Positions 7,975 through 17,472 of a stretch of 59,554 nucleotides of DNA are shown here, one piece after another. Source of the stretch: Promethearchaeota archaeon (GTDB lineage Archaea > Asgardarchaeota > Lokiarchaeia > Sigyniarchaeales > SOKP01); NCBI GenBank assembly GCA_019894885.1, contig JAGXNP010000002.1, forward strand, positions 1-59,554, in the 5' to 3' direction. The notes beneath the pieces are model-generated. The model made no database searches, was not told the origin of the DNA, and saw only the letters and a program-made list of their open reading frames with translations. How positions within the stretch are numbered: position 1 is the stretch's first letter; each line of letters starts with the position of its first letter. The position numbers and the translations under genes are program-made.

Positions 7975-10770
7975 ATGACTGTAAACGAATTCAGCTTCCA
8001 AAAAATCGAGAAAAAATGGCAAAAAAAATGGCAAGAAGAGAAAATCTTCGAAGTAAAAGAAGATATGAGTAAAAACGCAAAAAAAAAATACTACATTTTG
8101 GAGATGTATCCTTACCCCAGCTCCGAATTACATATAGGGCATTTGCGTAATTATTCAATAGGGGACTCATTTGCTAGATATAAGAGAATGAAGGGCTTTA
8201 ATGTTTTGTATCCAATGGGATACGATAGTTATGGATTGCCCGCTGAAAACGCAGCTATTGATCATGGGGTAGATCCTGAAGAATGGACCGATTCTAATAT
8301 TGAATCAATTCAAAACCAACAAAAACGTATAGGACTTTCGTATGATTGGACTCGAATGGTATATAGTCACAATCCTAATTACTACAAATGGGATCAATGG
8401 TTCTTTTTAAAGATGTACGAGAAAGGTTTAGCATATCGACAAGAGAGTTATGTTAACTGGTGTCCAGATTGTGTTACTGTATTAGCTAACGAGCAAGTAC
8501 AAGGTGGTAAGTGCTGGCGATGTAGTTCTGATGTGGAACAAAAATTTTTAACCCAATGGTTTTTAAAGATCCGCGATTATGCTGAGGAACTTCTTAATGG
8601 TTTAAACACGGTAGACTGGCCAGAAAAAGTAAAAATGATGCAAAGAAATTGGATTTCGAGATCTGAAGGGACTACTATTCGATTTCCAATTGTTGGGGAA
8701 GATCGCACAATCGATATTTTCACTACTAGAGCTGACACATTATATGGCGTTACTTTTATGGTTTTCGCACCAGAACATCCTTGGATAAAAGAATGGGTAA
8801 AAGATTCGGAATATAAGGATGTTTTTGATAATTTTTATGTTGAAATAATGAAACAAGACAAATTTGAAAGAACTAATCTTGATATCGAGAAAAAAGGAAT
8901 TTTCATCGGTAAACATGCTATTAATCCTATAACTAAGGAACAAATCCCAATTTATGTTGGAAATTTTGTCATTTATGAATATGGTGCTGGAGCAGTAATG
9001 GCAGTTCCTGGACATGATCAGCGAGATTTTGAATTTGCTAAAGAATTCAACATTCCAATAAAAATAGTAATCCAACCATTTGACTATGAATTAAATGTGA
9101 ATAAGATGACAAGAGCTTACGAAGGGGATGGAATTTTAGTTAATTCTGATGAATTTAATGGTATGGATAATCGATCTACTATAAAATCAATTTCTAAAAA
9201 ATTAGAGTCCATGAATATGGGAGAAGAAACTATTAATTACAAGTTAAGAGATTGGTTGATTTCTCGGCAACGGTATTGGGGTTGTCCCATACCAGTGATT
9301 TATTGCAAAAATTGTGGAACTCTTCCTGTACCATTTGAAGATCTACCAGTAGTATTACCAAAAGATGTGAAGTTCACGGGAAAAGGAAATCCTCTTAAAA
9401 CTAGTAAGAATTTTATTAATGTGCCATGCCCAAAATGCGGGAAACAAGCAGAAAGAGAAACTGATACGATGGATACTTTTGTTGACAGTTCATGGTATTT
9501 CTTTAGATATTGTGATCCCAATGAAAAAAAGTTGCCCTATAAAAAAGAAATAGCGGATTATTGGATGAATGTCGATCAATACATTGGTGGAATAGAACAT
9601 GCAATAATGCACCTACTCTACGCTCGTTTTTTCACTAAAGTAGCTCGTGATATTGGTCTTCAATCATCTAGTGAGCCGTTTCAACGATTACTTACTCAAG
9701 GAATGATAAATAAAGCTCATCCTTTCTGTTCTGAATGTGAAACCTTCGCAATGAAGGCAGAAATGCACGATAAAAATTGTAGACGGTGTGGTACTGAATT
9801 CATTTTAAAAAGTGTAAAAATGAGTAAGAGCCTTGGTAACACTGTTGATCCCATAGGCATAATGAATAAATATGGAGCGGATGCTGCGAGGTTTTTTATT
9901 TTATTTGGAGCGAGCCCTAAATCGGGATTAGAATGGTCTGATGAAGGTGTAGATTTTGCTTTCAAATATGTAAAACACACATTTACATTATTAATAGAAC
10001 CTCCAAAAACTGTCAGAAATGATAAAATAATTCGAGATACACTTATAGAGTATAATCTGAATAAAACAATAAAAATTGTAAGCGAGGCGTTAAATAAATT
10101 ATCAATTAGAGATGCTATTAACGAAATCATCCAATTTACTTCTGAACTATACAGATATAAGTCTGAGGGTGTTTATAAGGAAGTTTTTGAAAAATGTACA
10201 GAGATATTAACTCTATTACTTCATCCGTTTGTACCTCATATGACTGAGGAAGTATGGGAGCAAATGGGAAATAAGGGCTTTTTAAGTTTAGCCTTATGGC
10301 CTAACTACGAAAAAAATATCCTTTCTGTTGAAAATGATTACAAATGGAATTTAATGAATAATACTGTTGACTCAATTAATCATATTATTCAAATTATTAA
10401 GAAAGAAAAACTGAATGAGATGATTATTATTATTGCAGCTGAATGGAAATTCGATTTAATGCTGAAACTTCTCTCATTAGCAGAGAAATCAAAGGATCAA
10501 AGAGAAATAATTGGAAAATTAATGGAAAATAAAGAATTTAAAACAAAGGGAAAATTTGTATCCCAAACAGTCAATAAAGTATTGAAGAATCTTGGGAAAT
10601 ATGTTAAATCACCAATCAATGCCATAGATGAATTTAATTTCTTTTTTGAGATTAAGAAAATTTATGAAAAAAAATATAAATGTAGCGTAAGTATTATCCC
10701 AGAAAATGAATCGCAAGAAAATAAAGCGGCTCAAGGGTTACCTGGGAAACCTGCGATAATAATAAAATAA
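7975..10770 (+). CDS. leuS: Leucyl-tRNA synthetase (archaeal/eukaryal type)
   Basis: 931 aa. HIGH motif (LHIGHLRNY), KMSKS motif (VKMSKSLGN), CP1 editing-domain-length insert. Confidence 0.95.
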   Translation: MTVNEFSFQKIEKKWQKKWQEEKIFEVKEDMSKNAKKKYYILEMYPYPSSELHIGHLRNYSIGDSFARYKRMKGFNVLYPMGYDSYGLPAENAAIDHGVDPEEWTDSNIESIQNQQKRIGLSYDWTRMVYSHNPNYYKWDQWFFLKMYEKGLAYRQESYVNWCPDCVTVLANEQVQGGKCWRCSSDVEQKFLTQWFLKIRDYAEELLNGLNTVDWPEKVKMMQRNWISRSEGTTIRFPIVGEDRTIDIFTTRADTLYGVTFMVFAPEHPWIKEWVKDSEYKDVFDNFYVEIMKQDKFERTNLDIEKKGIFIGKHAINPITKEQIPIYVGNFVIYEYGAGAVMAVPGHDQRDFEFAKEFNIPIKIVIQPFDYELNVNKMTRAYEGDGILVNSDEFNGMDNRSTIKSISKKLESMNMGEETINYKLRDWLISRQRYWGCPIPVIYCKNCGTLPVPFEDLPVVLPKDVKFTGKGNPLKTSKNFINVPCPKCGKQAERETDTMDTFVDSSWYFFRYCDPNEKKLPYKKEIADYWMNVDQYIGGIEHAIMHLLYARFFTKVARDIGLQSSSEPFQRLLTQGMINKAHPFCSECETFAMKAEMHDKNCRRCGTEFILKSVKMSKSLGNTVDPIGIMNKYGADAARFFILFGASPKSGLEWSDEGVDFAFKYVKHTFTLLIEPPKTVRNDKIIRDTLIEYNLNKTIKIVSEALNKLSIRDAINEIIQFTSELYRYKSEGVYKEVFEKCTEILTLLLHPFVPHMTEEVWEQMGNKGFLSLALWPNYEKNILSVENDYKWNLMNNTVDSINHIIQIIKKEKLNEMIIIIAAEWKFDLMLKLLSLAEKSKDQREIIGKLMENKEFKTKGKFVSQTVNKVLKNLGKYVKSPINAIDEFNFFFEIKKIYEKKYKCSVSIIPENESQENKAAQGLPGKPAIIIK

Positions 10771-10784
10771 GAAAATTACCTCCG

Positions 10785-10791
10785 TTTTTTT
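10785..10791 (+). terminator. Oligo-T tract (T7) downstream of leuS, archaeal-type terminator candidate
   Basis: ccgTTTTTTTccc lies 15 nt after the leuS stop codon. Archaeal RNAP terminates at oligo-T. Confidence 0.4.
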
Positions 10792-10872
10792 CCCTATTAT
10801 ATTCTCGGAATTTTTATTAGCTTTTTTAAAGTAAACTACGTAATTAACTCAATTAATTTAAATATATCTTAC

Positions 10873-10894
10873 TAAATCTATAATTATAGATTTA
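10873..10894. promoter_or_regulatory. Perfect 22-bp palindrome TAAATCTATAATTATAGATTTA upstream of 10938 gene
   Basis: Read directly; the arms are exact reverse complements. Ends 44 nt before the ATG at 10938 and overlaps TATA-like sequence. Confidence 0.4.
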
Positions 10895-10937
10895 ATTATA
10901 TTTCAATCATCAAATTTTTCATAGATTAGTAATTAAT

Positions 10938-11795
10938 ATGACATTTTATGAGTTTTCTGTTATTACCAATACAGGCTTTCCATATTATAATCTAATTCTA
11001 AATACTCCTCCTAGTGGTGTGAATTTAACTCTAAGATTTTTTGATTTCACGCGACGGAATTTAGAACCATTGACGAAATTAGATCCAGTTAGCTCATTTG
11101 AACTCAACGCAGGATTAGTTTCTGCACTATTTGAGTTTGCTAGGAATATTGATAAAAAGATTGAAATTCTAGAATTTAAATCAAGTAAAAAAATACCTGA
11201 TAGTTCAGATGACAATAAATATAAAGGGGATGTATTAATCACGACTCAAACTGAGCCCTATCTCCTTCAAAAGTCTGTTAAGGCAAAAATCAAAATTATT
11301 TATAATTTAGTTATTGCAGATAAAATTCCTCTTGATGCAGCTCTAGAGTTGCTACAAAATGAAGAGGATAAAATTATCGAAATTCTAACTGATAAAGAAG
11401 CTAGAAACCGCGTAGAAACGCAAAAAAAAAAGATTAATAGTATAGCAAACGATTTTTTAAAAGAAATGAGTAGTTATGGGCTTAAAGGTATCTGCATAAC
11501 ATCGTTTGATCTTTCACCACTCATGAGTTTCGGGGTTTTATATTCATTGGCAGATATAGACGCTATTCTGAGAAACATTAGAGTATTTCCGAATATTTCA
11601 ACGCTTGAATGGATTTATCGACAATCATATTTTTCAAATGAACAATTATGGGTTTATATAATAAAATCAGGAGTTGGTCCAACTATTAATGGCCTGTTTG
11701 AGCCCTATTTTTATTTACTTTTTGCAGATCCACAATCATATTTAGGTGAGTTTCCAGGAAAACTTGCATCTAAGTTTGATCAAATTTTAGGATAA
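10938..11795 (+). CDS. Hypothetical protein; possible tandem longin/roadblock-like domains
   Basis: 285-aa ORF. By eye there are two beta-beta-alpha-beta-beta-alpha units (FYEFSVIT/FPYYNLIL/NAGLVSALFEFARNI... and GICITSF/LMSFG/ADIDAILRNI...) joined by a charged helix. No sequence motif recognised. Confidence 0.45.
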   Translation: MTFYEFSVITNTGFPYYNLILNTPPSGVNLTLRFFDFTRRNLEPLTKLDPVSSFELNAGLVSALFEFARNIDKKIEILEFKSSKKIPDSSDDNKYKGDVLITTQTEPYLLQKSVKAKIKIIYNLVIADKIPLDAALELLQNEEDKIIEILTDKEARNRVETQKKKINSIANDFLKEMSSYGLKGICITSFDLSPLMSFGVLYSLADIDAILRNIRVFPNISTLEWIYRQSYFSNEQLWVYIIKSGVGPTINGLFEPYFYLLFADPQSYLGEFPGKLASKFDQILG

Positions 11796-11818
11796 ACTAA
11801 ATAAAAGCGTGTTAGATA

Positions 11819-12592
11819 TTAAAAAGGAGAATTATTTGCAGCTTCAATTATTTCACTAAATGACTCAGCTTGAAGGGAAGCACCCCCAACTAAACCTCCA
11901 TCAATGTTTTCCTTTTTGAAAATATGTTTTGCATTGTTGGGTTTTATAGAGCCTCCATATTGGATTCTAACAGCTTTTGCCGTTTTACTATCATAAACAT
12001 TTGTAATCAAATCACGTATAAATATATGAATCTCTTCAGCCTGTTCAGGAGTAGCAGTTCTTCCCGTCCCTATCGCCCAAATTGGCTCATAGGCTATAAC
12101 AGTTTTTCGCATTTCTTCATCACTCAAGTCTTTAAAAGAAAGTCTAAATTGTTTCTCTATAAATTGTTTTGTTTTATTTGTTTCCCTTTCCTTCAAGTGC
12201 TCTCCAATACATACAATAGGTTTTAGGTTAAAATTTAAAGCCTTTTTCAGTTTTTTATTTATAATTTCATCGGTTTCCTTTAGAATATCTCTTCTTTCAC
12301 TATGACCCAAAATTACATAGCTACATCCTAACTCTTTTAAAAAAACAGGAGATATTTCGCCAGTAAAGGCACCTTTTTCCTCGAAATACATATTTTGTGC
12401 TCCTATCATTATGTTTGTATTTTTAGTTAATTCAATCATAGGAAATAAAACAGTATATGGTGGAGTAATTACAATATCGACATTGTTTATATTTTTCACT
12501 AGTGGAATCAACTTTTTCAGCATTTCTGCAGCCTCGAAAGGTATGCCTTTATTCATCTTCCAATTCCCACCGATTATTGGTCTTCTCATCAA
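11819..12592 (-). CDS. tpiA: Triosephosphate isomerase, bacterial/eukaryotic-type
   Basis: 257 aa. GGNWKMN, ILGHSERR, YEPIWAIGTG, YGGS motifs. Confidence 0.9.
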   Translation of the reverse strand: MMRRPIIGGNWKMNKGIPFEAAEMLKKLIPLVKNINNVDIVITPPYTVLFPMIELTKNTNIMIGAQNMYFEEKGAFTGEISPVFLKELGCSYVILGHSERRDILKETDEIINKKLKKALNFNLKPIVCIGEHLKERETNKTKQFIEKQFRLSFKDLSDEEMRKTVIAYEPIWAIGTGRTATPEQAEEIHIFIRDLITNVYDSKTAKAVRIQYGGSIKPNNAKHIFKKENIDGGLVGGASLQAESFSEIIEAANNSPF

Positions 12593-12718
12593 AAATTCAC
12601 ATATTAATATTTTTATATACTATAGATTAAGCTCATCTACTATTTCAATTTAAGCTTTATTAACTTAAGGGGATGTTAATTCCCTGATAACTTTTTTAAA
12701 AAAGAGTAATGAAGAAGA

Positions 12719-13258
12719 TTATTCTTCTTTTTTAATTTTTTCTTCTAACTTTGTAGCTCCTAATAGTTTTTTTACTTCTTCTACATCTGGAGGAATTACT
12801 TTTGGCAATCCGAGTTGATCTCTTCTTCTTTCTATAGCAGGTTGCATTGGAATGGCTTTGCCGTTTTCTAAAATAGTGGAAGCTTGTGTTGTATAGTAGT
12901 CTGGTGCTTCACCTTTTTCAACGCTAATATTTTTCAAAATGGTAAAAATTTCTGTGAGCTCCACTTTTTGAGGACATACCTCATCGCAGGTATCACATAC
13001 TGTGCATCCCCATATATTAAAAGCATTTTCTTTACCAAAAATTTTCTCTTTTAACCCAAGAAGCGCATCTAAAATAAGCCTTCTAGGATTATATCGACCA
13101 TTTGTTATTTGCGCTACAGGACACGCTCCACTGCAAGTAGCACATTGATAACAATAAGCCAGCGTATTACCAATGTCGGATTGGATAATTTGATTTCGAA
13201 ATTCAAAATCTATTGTTGCCATAATTGTTGATTTAGTTTTATTATTACTTACTATCAT
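12719..13258 (-). CDS. HdrC-like 4Fe-4S ferredoxin-domain protein
   Basis: Two cluster motifs, CYQCATCSGACP and CTVCDTCDEVCP, at HdrC-like spacing. No hdrA/hdrB adjacent. Confidence 0.65.
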   Translation of the reverse strand: MIVSNNKTKSTIMATIDFEFRNQIIQSDIGNTLAYCYQCATCSGACPVAQITNGRYNPRRLILDALLGLKEKIFGKENAFNIWGCTVCDTCDEVCPQKVELTEIFTILKNISVEKGEAPDYYTTQASTILENGKAIPMQPAIERRRDQLGLPKVIPPDVEEVKKLLGATKLEEKIKKEE

Positions 13259-13377
13259 AAATCTATCTTTAAATTTTAATTATATCTTTTTTATAAGATT
13301 CATAAAATATATAGTGGTTAGAAGCTGTCAAAAAAAACAGATTTTAAACCATTTTTTGAACAAAAAAATAAAAAAAA

Positions 13378-13737
13378 TTAATTCATTTTTCCAACAATTT
13401 CTCTAATAGTACTTTCGTTTGCTGCTCCAATCATTAGCCCGTTCCTAACAAGTGGTTGACCTTGAATTTCAATAATCCCATCAAACAAATCTCCATTTTT
13501 AAAGAAAATAAGTGTTGGAATAGCGGTTATACCAAATCTATTACCAAGGGACCTATTTTCGTCAAGGTCAATTTTAATTAGCTTAATTAGGCCTTCATCT
13601 TTAAGTTTCTCTAGTATAGGAGAGACGAATTTACAAGGTCCGCACCACTGAGTGAAGACATCTATAATCACATACCCTTCCTTCATACTGTCAGCAATTT
13701 CAATGCCATAATCTTTCAGTTCTTCGATTCTTGTCAT
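13378..13737 (-). CDS. trxA: Thioredoxin
   Basis: 119 aa with WCGPCK active site and a cis-Pro region (ITAIPTLIFF). Confidence 0.85.
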   Translation of the reverse strand: MTRIEELKDYGIEIADSMKEGYVIIDVFTQWCGPCKFVSPILEKLKDEGLIKLIKIDLDENRSLGNRFGITAIPTLIFFKNGDLFDGIIEIQGQPLVRNGLMIGAANESTIREIVGKMN

Positions 13738-13955
13738 GATAAATCAGATTGATAATTTCAGTATTTTTAAAAGTAGATTACAAGTGTGTATGTTTAATAT
13801 TAGTCAAAATAAATATTTAATTACTTTTATTAGTATCAATTATAAAACATTAATACACATGTGAGAAAAGTAGTGTATTTTTTTTCACAGCTAAAAGAAT
13901 TTGAAAAATATCAATTCTACTTATTTAATAATAATTATCGCGGGAATTTTAGTAA

Positions 13956-14558
13956 TTATGAAGTGAATGAATGCTTTTTTTTAATTGCTTTCAATTCAGT
14001 AATTAACCAACATAATTCTTCGTATGTAGAAGAAGAATTTAAGATTTCTTGAGTTTTTTTCTCTATATCCTTCTTTGAAGTGATTTTTGGATACTTTAAT
14101 AAATTAAGCTGCAATTGGGCTAATATACTACATAATTCTTTATACGGTTTTTTTTCTTGAGAAAGCTTATGTGCTGCAATTGTGATTTCTCCCTCTAAAT
14201 CGGGATCTATTCCTGCTTCAATAAGCTCTACAGTCTCTTCATATTGTATCTCTAATTCTGGTCTTCTTTCTAAATTCTGCCTAGGTTTTATTCCTTTTTT
14301 TATAGAATTTTTTATAGCTAAGAATGAACCATATTCTTTATTTTGTTTTACTATTTGAATACTAATGGGTATCTCCTTTTTGTTGTTCAATAATTTTGCT
14401 TTATTAATCGACAACTCTTTTCTTTTCTTAGATATACTTGAACCTAACCACAAAAACAATGATTTTGCGTCATCTATTAAATACACTTCATCTTCTTTAA
14501 AATCTGCTTTACTAATTTTCTTAAGACCTCCTCTTACACCGACATTATATACTATCAT
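13956..14558 (-). CDS. Gelsolin/villin-type single-domain protein with helical C-terminal extension
   Basis: Residues ~15-85 (FKEDEVYLIDDAKSLFLWLGSSISKKRKELSINKAKLL...ISIQIVKQNKEYGSFLAIK) follow the gelsolin-repeat consensus (compare gelsolin G1: FFTGDAYVIL...YWLGNECSQDE...VQHREVQGFESATFLGYF). ATG start. Confidence 0.65.
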   Translation of the reverse strand: MIVYNVGVRGGLKKISKADFKEDEVYLIDDAKSLFLWLGSSISKKRKELSINKAKLLNNKKEIPISIQIVKQNKEYGSFLAIKNSIKKGIKPRQNLERRPELEIQYEETVELIEAGIDPDLEGEITIAAHKLSQEKKPYKELCSILAQLQLNLLKYPKITSKKDIEKKTQEILNSSSTYEELCWLITELKAIKKKHSFTS

Positions 14559-14636
14559 AAAAATCTCTTTCTAGATTATTAAAACAACTCGGAATAAAAT
14601 TCTTTTTAAGTGGTCTTTCCAAATAAAAAAAAACCC

Positions 14637-15293
14637 TTATATTTTTAAGGATTTTTCAGTTAAAATTTCTACTCTTATGTTAGAGTCTTTTTTTACCATA
14701 ATTTCTTTGAAGATATTTAAATCTTTTTCCCAATTATGCATTGGTACTACTATTTCAGGTTGAATATCCACAGCAGCATTAGATGCTTCTTCAAAATCCA
14801 TAGTATATGTCCCTCCGCAAGGTAATAAAGCTACAGTAATATTTCGGGTCTTTAACTCTTTCATTTCAGGGATTCGTTCAGTATCACCGGCATGATAAAC
14901 ACTTTTACCAGCTGATTCTATTATTGTTCCCGTCCAATTATTGCTTTTTGGATGCGTTATTTTCTCGATTGTATACGCAGGAAACAATTCGATTGAAAAA
15001 TCTTTATACGCAAACTCTTCACCGATTTCCAAGCCTTGACCACCAAATTTCTTTAAACTGTTTGCAATGCTAATAGGACCTAACAAAACTGTATCGTCTT
15101 GCCAAATTTTTTTTATATCTGATTTCGAAAAATGATCACCATGTGTGTGTGAAGACACTATGATATCCGCTTTTTCTTCTCCATCTTTAATATTATAAGG
15201 ATCTAGATATATAACCCTTCCACTAAACATCTTGATTTTAAAGCATGCGTGACCCAACCAAATAATTTCCATTTGAGTGTCTATATTTGTCAC
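14637..15293 (-). CDS. Metallo-beta-lactamase-fold hydrolase (UPF0173-like)
   Basis: 218 aa. N-terminal IIWLGHACFKI, HTHGDH metal motif, family-typical length. Confidence 0.8.
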   Translation of the reverse strand: MTNIDTQMEIIWLGHACFKIKMFSGRVIYLDPYNIKDGEEKADIIVSSHTHGDHFSKSDIKKIWQDDTVLLGPISIANSLKKFGGQGLEIGEEFAYKDFSIELFPAYTIEKITHPKSNNWTGTIIESAGKSVYHAGDTERIPEMKELKTRNITVALLPCGGTYTMDFEEASNAAVDIQPEIVVPMHNWEKDLNIFKEIMVKKDSNIRVEILTEKSLKI

Positions 15294-15462
15294 CTCAATA
15301 TTTTATCATAAAATTTTATTTATTATGTCTATAAATGATTTATTAAATTATAATTCTTGCTTGAAAAACATACTTATCATATATGATTCCAATTGAAAAT
15401 ATTAATATTGATGCTTATTTTTCATTTATTATTCAACTACATTTACCTAGAGTGCGTGAAGA

Positions 15463-15963
15463 ATGAATTTAACAAGAGATGATTTGATACAATCAGATGC
15501 TACAATGAATCAAATGCGTAATATGATTTATCATTTAGAGAGATTTATGAAACTCAATGGAGTGTCCGAAATAAGAGATAAATTAAGGAGAATGGGGCGA
15601 AATATTGCCCGAACTTATATAAAATATTGGAAACCAATTGATATTGTTAATAAAGCTAATTTAAATGATGTGATAACCACAATCTATAAAAAGATCTTAA
15701 ATAGCTCGGTTTCAGTGGATTTTGATGAAACAAATAAGATCGTCATGGTTAAAGATAATGACTGCTCTTTATGTAAATATCATTTTAACGATATCGATGT
15801 TGCGGGATGTGAAATTATTGCAGCAATGCTATCAGAAATTATAAATTGTATTAATAAAGAAAAATCTTCATTAATACTAGAACCACTTGATATTCTTGAA
15901 TCTCAAACATTTGGACACAAATCATGTATTCAAAGCTTTAAATACAAAGAGGGAGGTGTTTAA
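15463..15963 (+). CDS. V4R-domain protein (TRAPP Bet3-like fold)
   Basis: 166 aa. Pattern MGRNIARTY...VMVKDNDCSLCKY...VAGCEIIAAMLSEI...GHKSCIQSF matches the V4R Cys/Gly pattern. Confidence 0.6.
   Translation: MNLTRDDLIQSDATMNQMRNMIYHLERFMKLNGVSEIRDKLRRMGRNIARTYIKYWKPIDIVNKANLNDVITTIYKKILNSSVSVDFDETNKIVMVKDNDCSLCKYHFNDIDVAGCEIIAAMLSEIINCINKEKSSLILEPLDILESQTFGHKSCIQSFKYKEGGV
15952..15958 (+). promoter_or_regulatory. Shine-Dalgarno-like GGAGGTG, 7 nt upstream of ATG 15966
   Basis: Complementary to the conserved archaeal 16S 3' end. Lies inside the last codons of the upstream V4R gene, implying operonic coupling. Confidence 0.6.
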
Positions 15964-15965
15964 TA

Positions 15966-17441
15966 ATGGGAGCAGTTCAATGGTTATTAAAAAAGATCAC
16001 TAAAGTATTCGGTAGAAACACTACTTCTTTATATTATGTTCTTCTTTATCGTGAAATATTAAAAGAGATAAATGATATTACGAAAGATGAAGAGGATAGT
16101 ATTATTATACTTAGAGAGATCGGGAAGAAAGCTGCTACAGAATCATGTGAACGTCACACCACTGTTTTTAAATGGATGCCTGGGAGCCCAAGAAAAGTAA
16201 TTGAATATTTTGAACTTTTATGGGTTGTTGTTTTTGGAAAGGAATTAGAAGAGGGGGATTTAACTTACGAGGAACTTCCTAAAGAAAGCTCGAAATATAA
16301 CGATTATATTGTTAAGATAAAAAGTTGTCCACTTTGTGCAGGGTATGGGGCAGATGATGAGGATACTTTCAAATTTCAAAAAGTAACCAATAAAAATAGT
16401 GAAGGTCTTGCGTGCGGTTTAACGGGAATGTTAGAAAGTGTTGCTAATTTTATACTTAAAATAAAAAGGAGCGATTATAGAATTAATATTGTAGAGCAGA
16501 AGTGCTTAGCGAAAGGTGATGAGCATCTTCAGTTTATGTGTAAAATCTATGATTCTCTAGACTGGAAAGAGCTAAGTTCCGTTCGAATTCAAGATAAAAT
16601 TAAATCTGGAGTTAAATTTGAAGAGTCTATAGAAGAGGATGTTGTTCAAGAAACAAAGTTAGACATTATTGATAAACTTCAAGAAGTCTTATCTCTTGAT
16701 AAAATTGAGGAATTACTTGATGAACCCTTAGAGGGTATTAAGAGTAAAGTTGCTGAGATCATTGAAGATAAATTAAACATGGAACCCGAACACTTTTTCG
16801 ATTATTTTAGAAATTATGAGGACGATCTATTAAGAATCATTGGCTATCTCGCAGTTCACCTGCTTAATGAATATGGAGGATTAATCGAAAAAACTTTGAA
16901 AAATAGCACATTTGCTAAAATAGCAGGGTACCTTTTTAAACAATTAAGAGAATTTGTTTTATTGTTCATCCCTATTGATGTAATCAACGATTATCATCAA
17001 TTACTAATAAGTTTTCTTGATGGTTTAGCTCCAGCAGAGATGGTCGAGAATGTAAGACAATTCTCGGGTAAGGATGATATTAATTTTCTCTTTGAAGGAG
17101 CCCAAATGGCACTTGAAAATTTAGGAATTGACTTTTCAGAGCTAAAAGATAATGTTTGGGAAGAAATAAGAAAGGAAAGAGAAAACGGTTTACTTTCTTC
17201 GGATCAGTCAATGATGGAAAAAACTGAAGAAAACATCCCAAAAATTATAAAGATTATGCAAGAAATTTTAATGTTGTTAAGCGATATTTTAACGCTTCCA
17301 ATAAGAGTATTAATTTCTGAAAGCCATTATGGCCTTAAAACAGCTATTAACTCTGTAGTATCTGAAGAAGAAGGGTTGTTCGGGAGTATAAAAGATAGAA
17401 TTGATACAATTTTTGACTATGTTCAAGAATTAAAGCAATAA
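15966..17441 (+). CDS. V4R-domain protein (TRAPP Bet3-like) with ~300-aa acidic helical C-terminal extension
   Basis: N-terminal ~200 aa carry VKIKSCPLCAGYG...LACGLTGMLESVANFIL...EQKCLAKGDEHLQFMCKI, a classic V4R signature. The remainder is helical, Glu/Asp/Lys-rich and of no recognised family. Confidence 0.6.
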   Translation: MGAVQWLLKKITKVFGRNTTSLYYVLLYREILKEINDITKDEEDSIIILREIGKKAATESCERHTTVFKWMPGSPRKVIEYFELLWVVVFGKELEEGDLTYEELPKESSKYNDYIVKIKSCPLCAGYGADDEDTFKFQKVTNKNSEGLACGLTGMLESVANFILKIKRSDYRINIVEQKCLAKGDEHLQFMCKIYDSLDWKELSSVRIQDKIKSGVKFEESIEEDVVQETKLDIIDKLQEVLSLDKIEELLDEPLEGIKSKVAEIIEDKLNMEPEHFFDYFRNYEDDLLRIIGYLAVHLLNEYGGLIEKTLKNSTFAKIAGYLFKQLREFVLLFIPIDVINDYHQLLISFLDGLAPAEMVENVRQFSGKDDINFLFEGAQMALENLGIDFSELKDNVWEEIRKERENGLLSSDQSMMEKTEENIPKIIKIMQEILMLLSDILTLPIRVLISESHYGLKTAINSVVSEEEGLFGSIKDRIDTIFDYVQELKQ

Positions 17442-17464
17442 TAAAAAAAAGAGAAATTTTAAAA

Positions 17465-17472
17465 TTTTTTTT
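17465..17472 (+). terminator. T8 tract after the V4R operon; an A8 tract at 17443-17450 serves the convergent gene
   Basis: aataAAAAAAAAgagaaattttaaaaTTTTTTTTatg between convergent genes gives an oligo-T on each strand. Confidence 0.35.

Noticed and set aside
505-12653. Many 60-140-aa ORFs in the track lying antisense or out of frame inside long conserved genes (e.g. 505-711, 832-1083, 2182-2400, 6952-7215, 8740-9075, 9300-9521, 9717-10130, 10985-11242, 11924-12226, 12411-12653)
   Set aside because: Each is wholly embedded in a gene with strong family motifs. They are low-complexity Ile/Leu/Phe/Ser/Lys-rich translations, as expected from AT-rich antisense strands, and none has an SD or promoter context.
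13861-14052. 63-aa plus-strand ORF overlapping the 3' end of the gelsolin-like gene
   Set aside because: It overlaps the better-supported minus-strand gene and has an Asn/Phe-rich low-complexity product with no motif.
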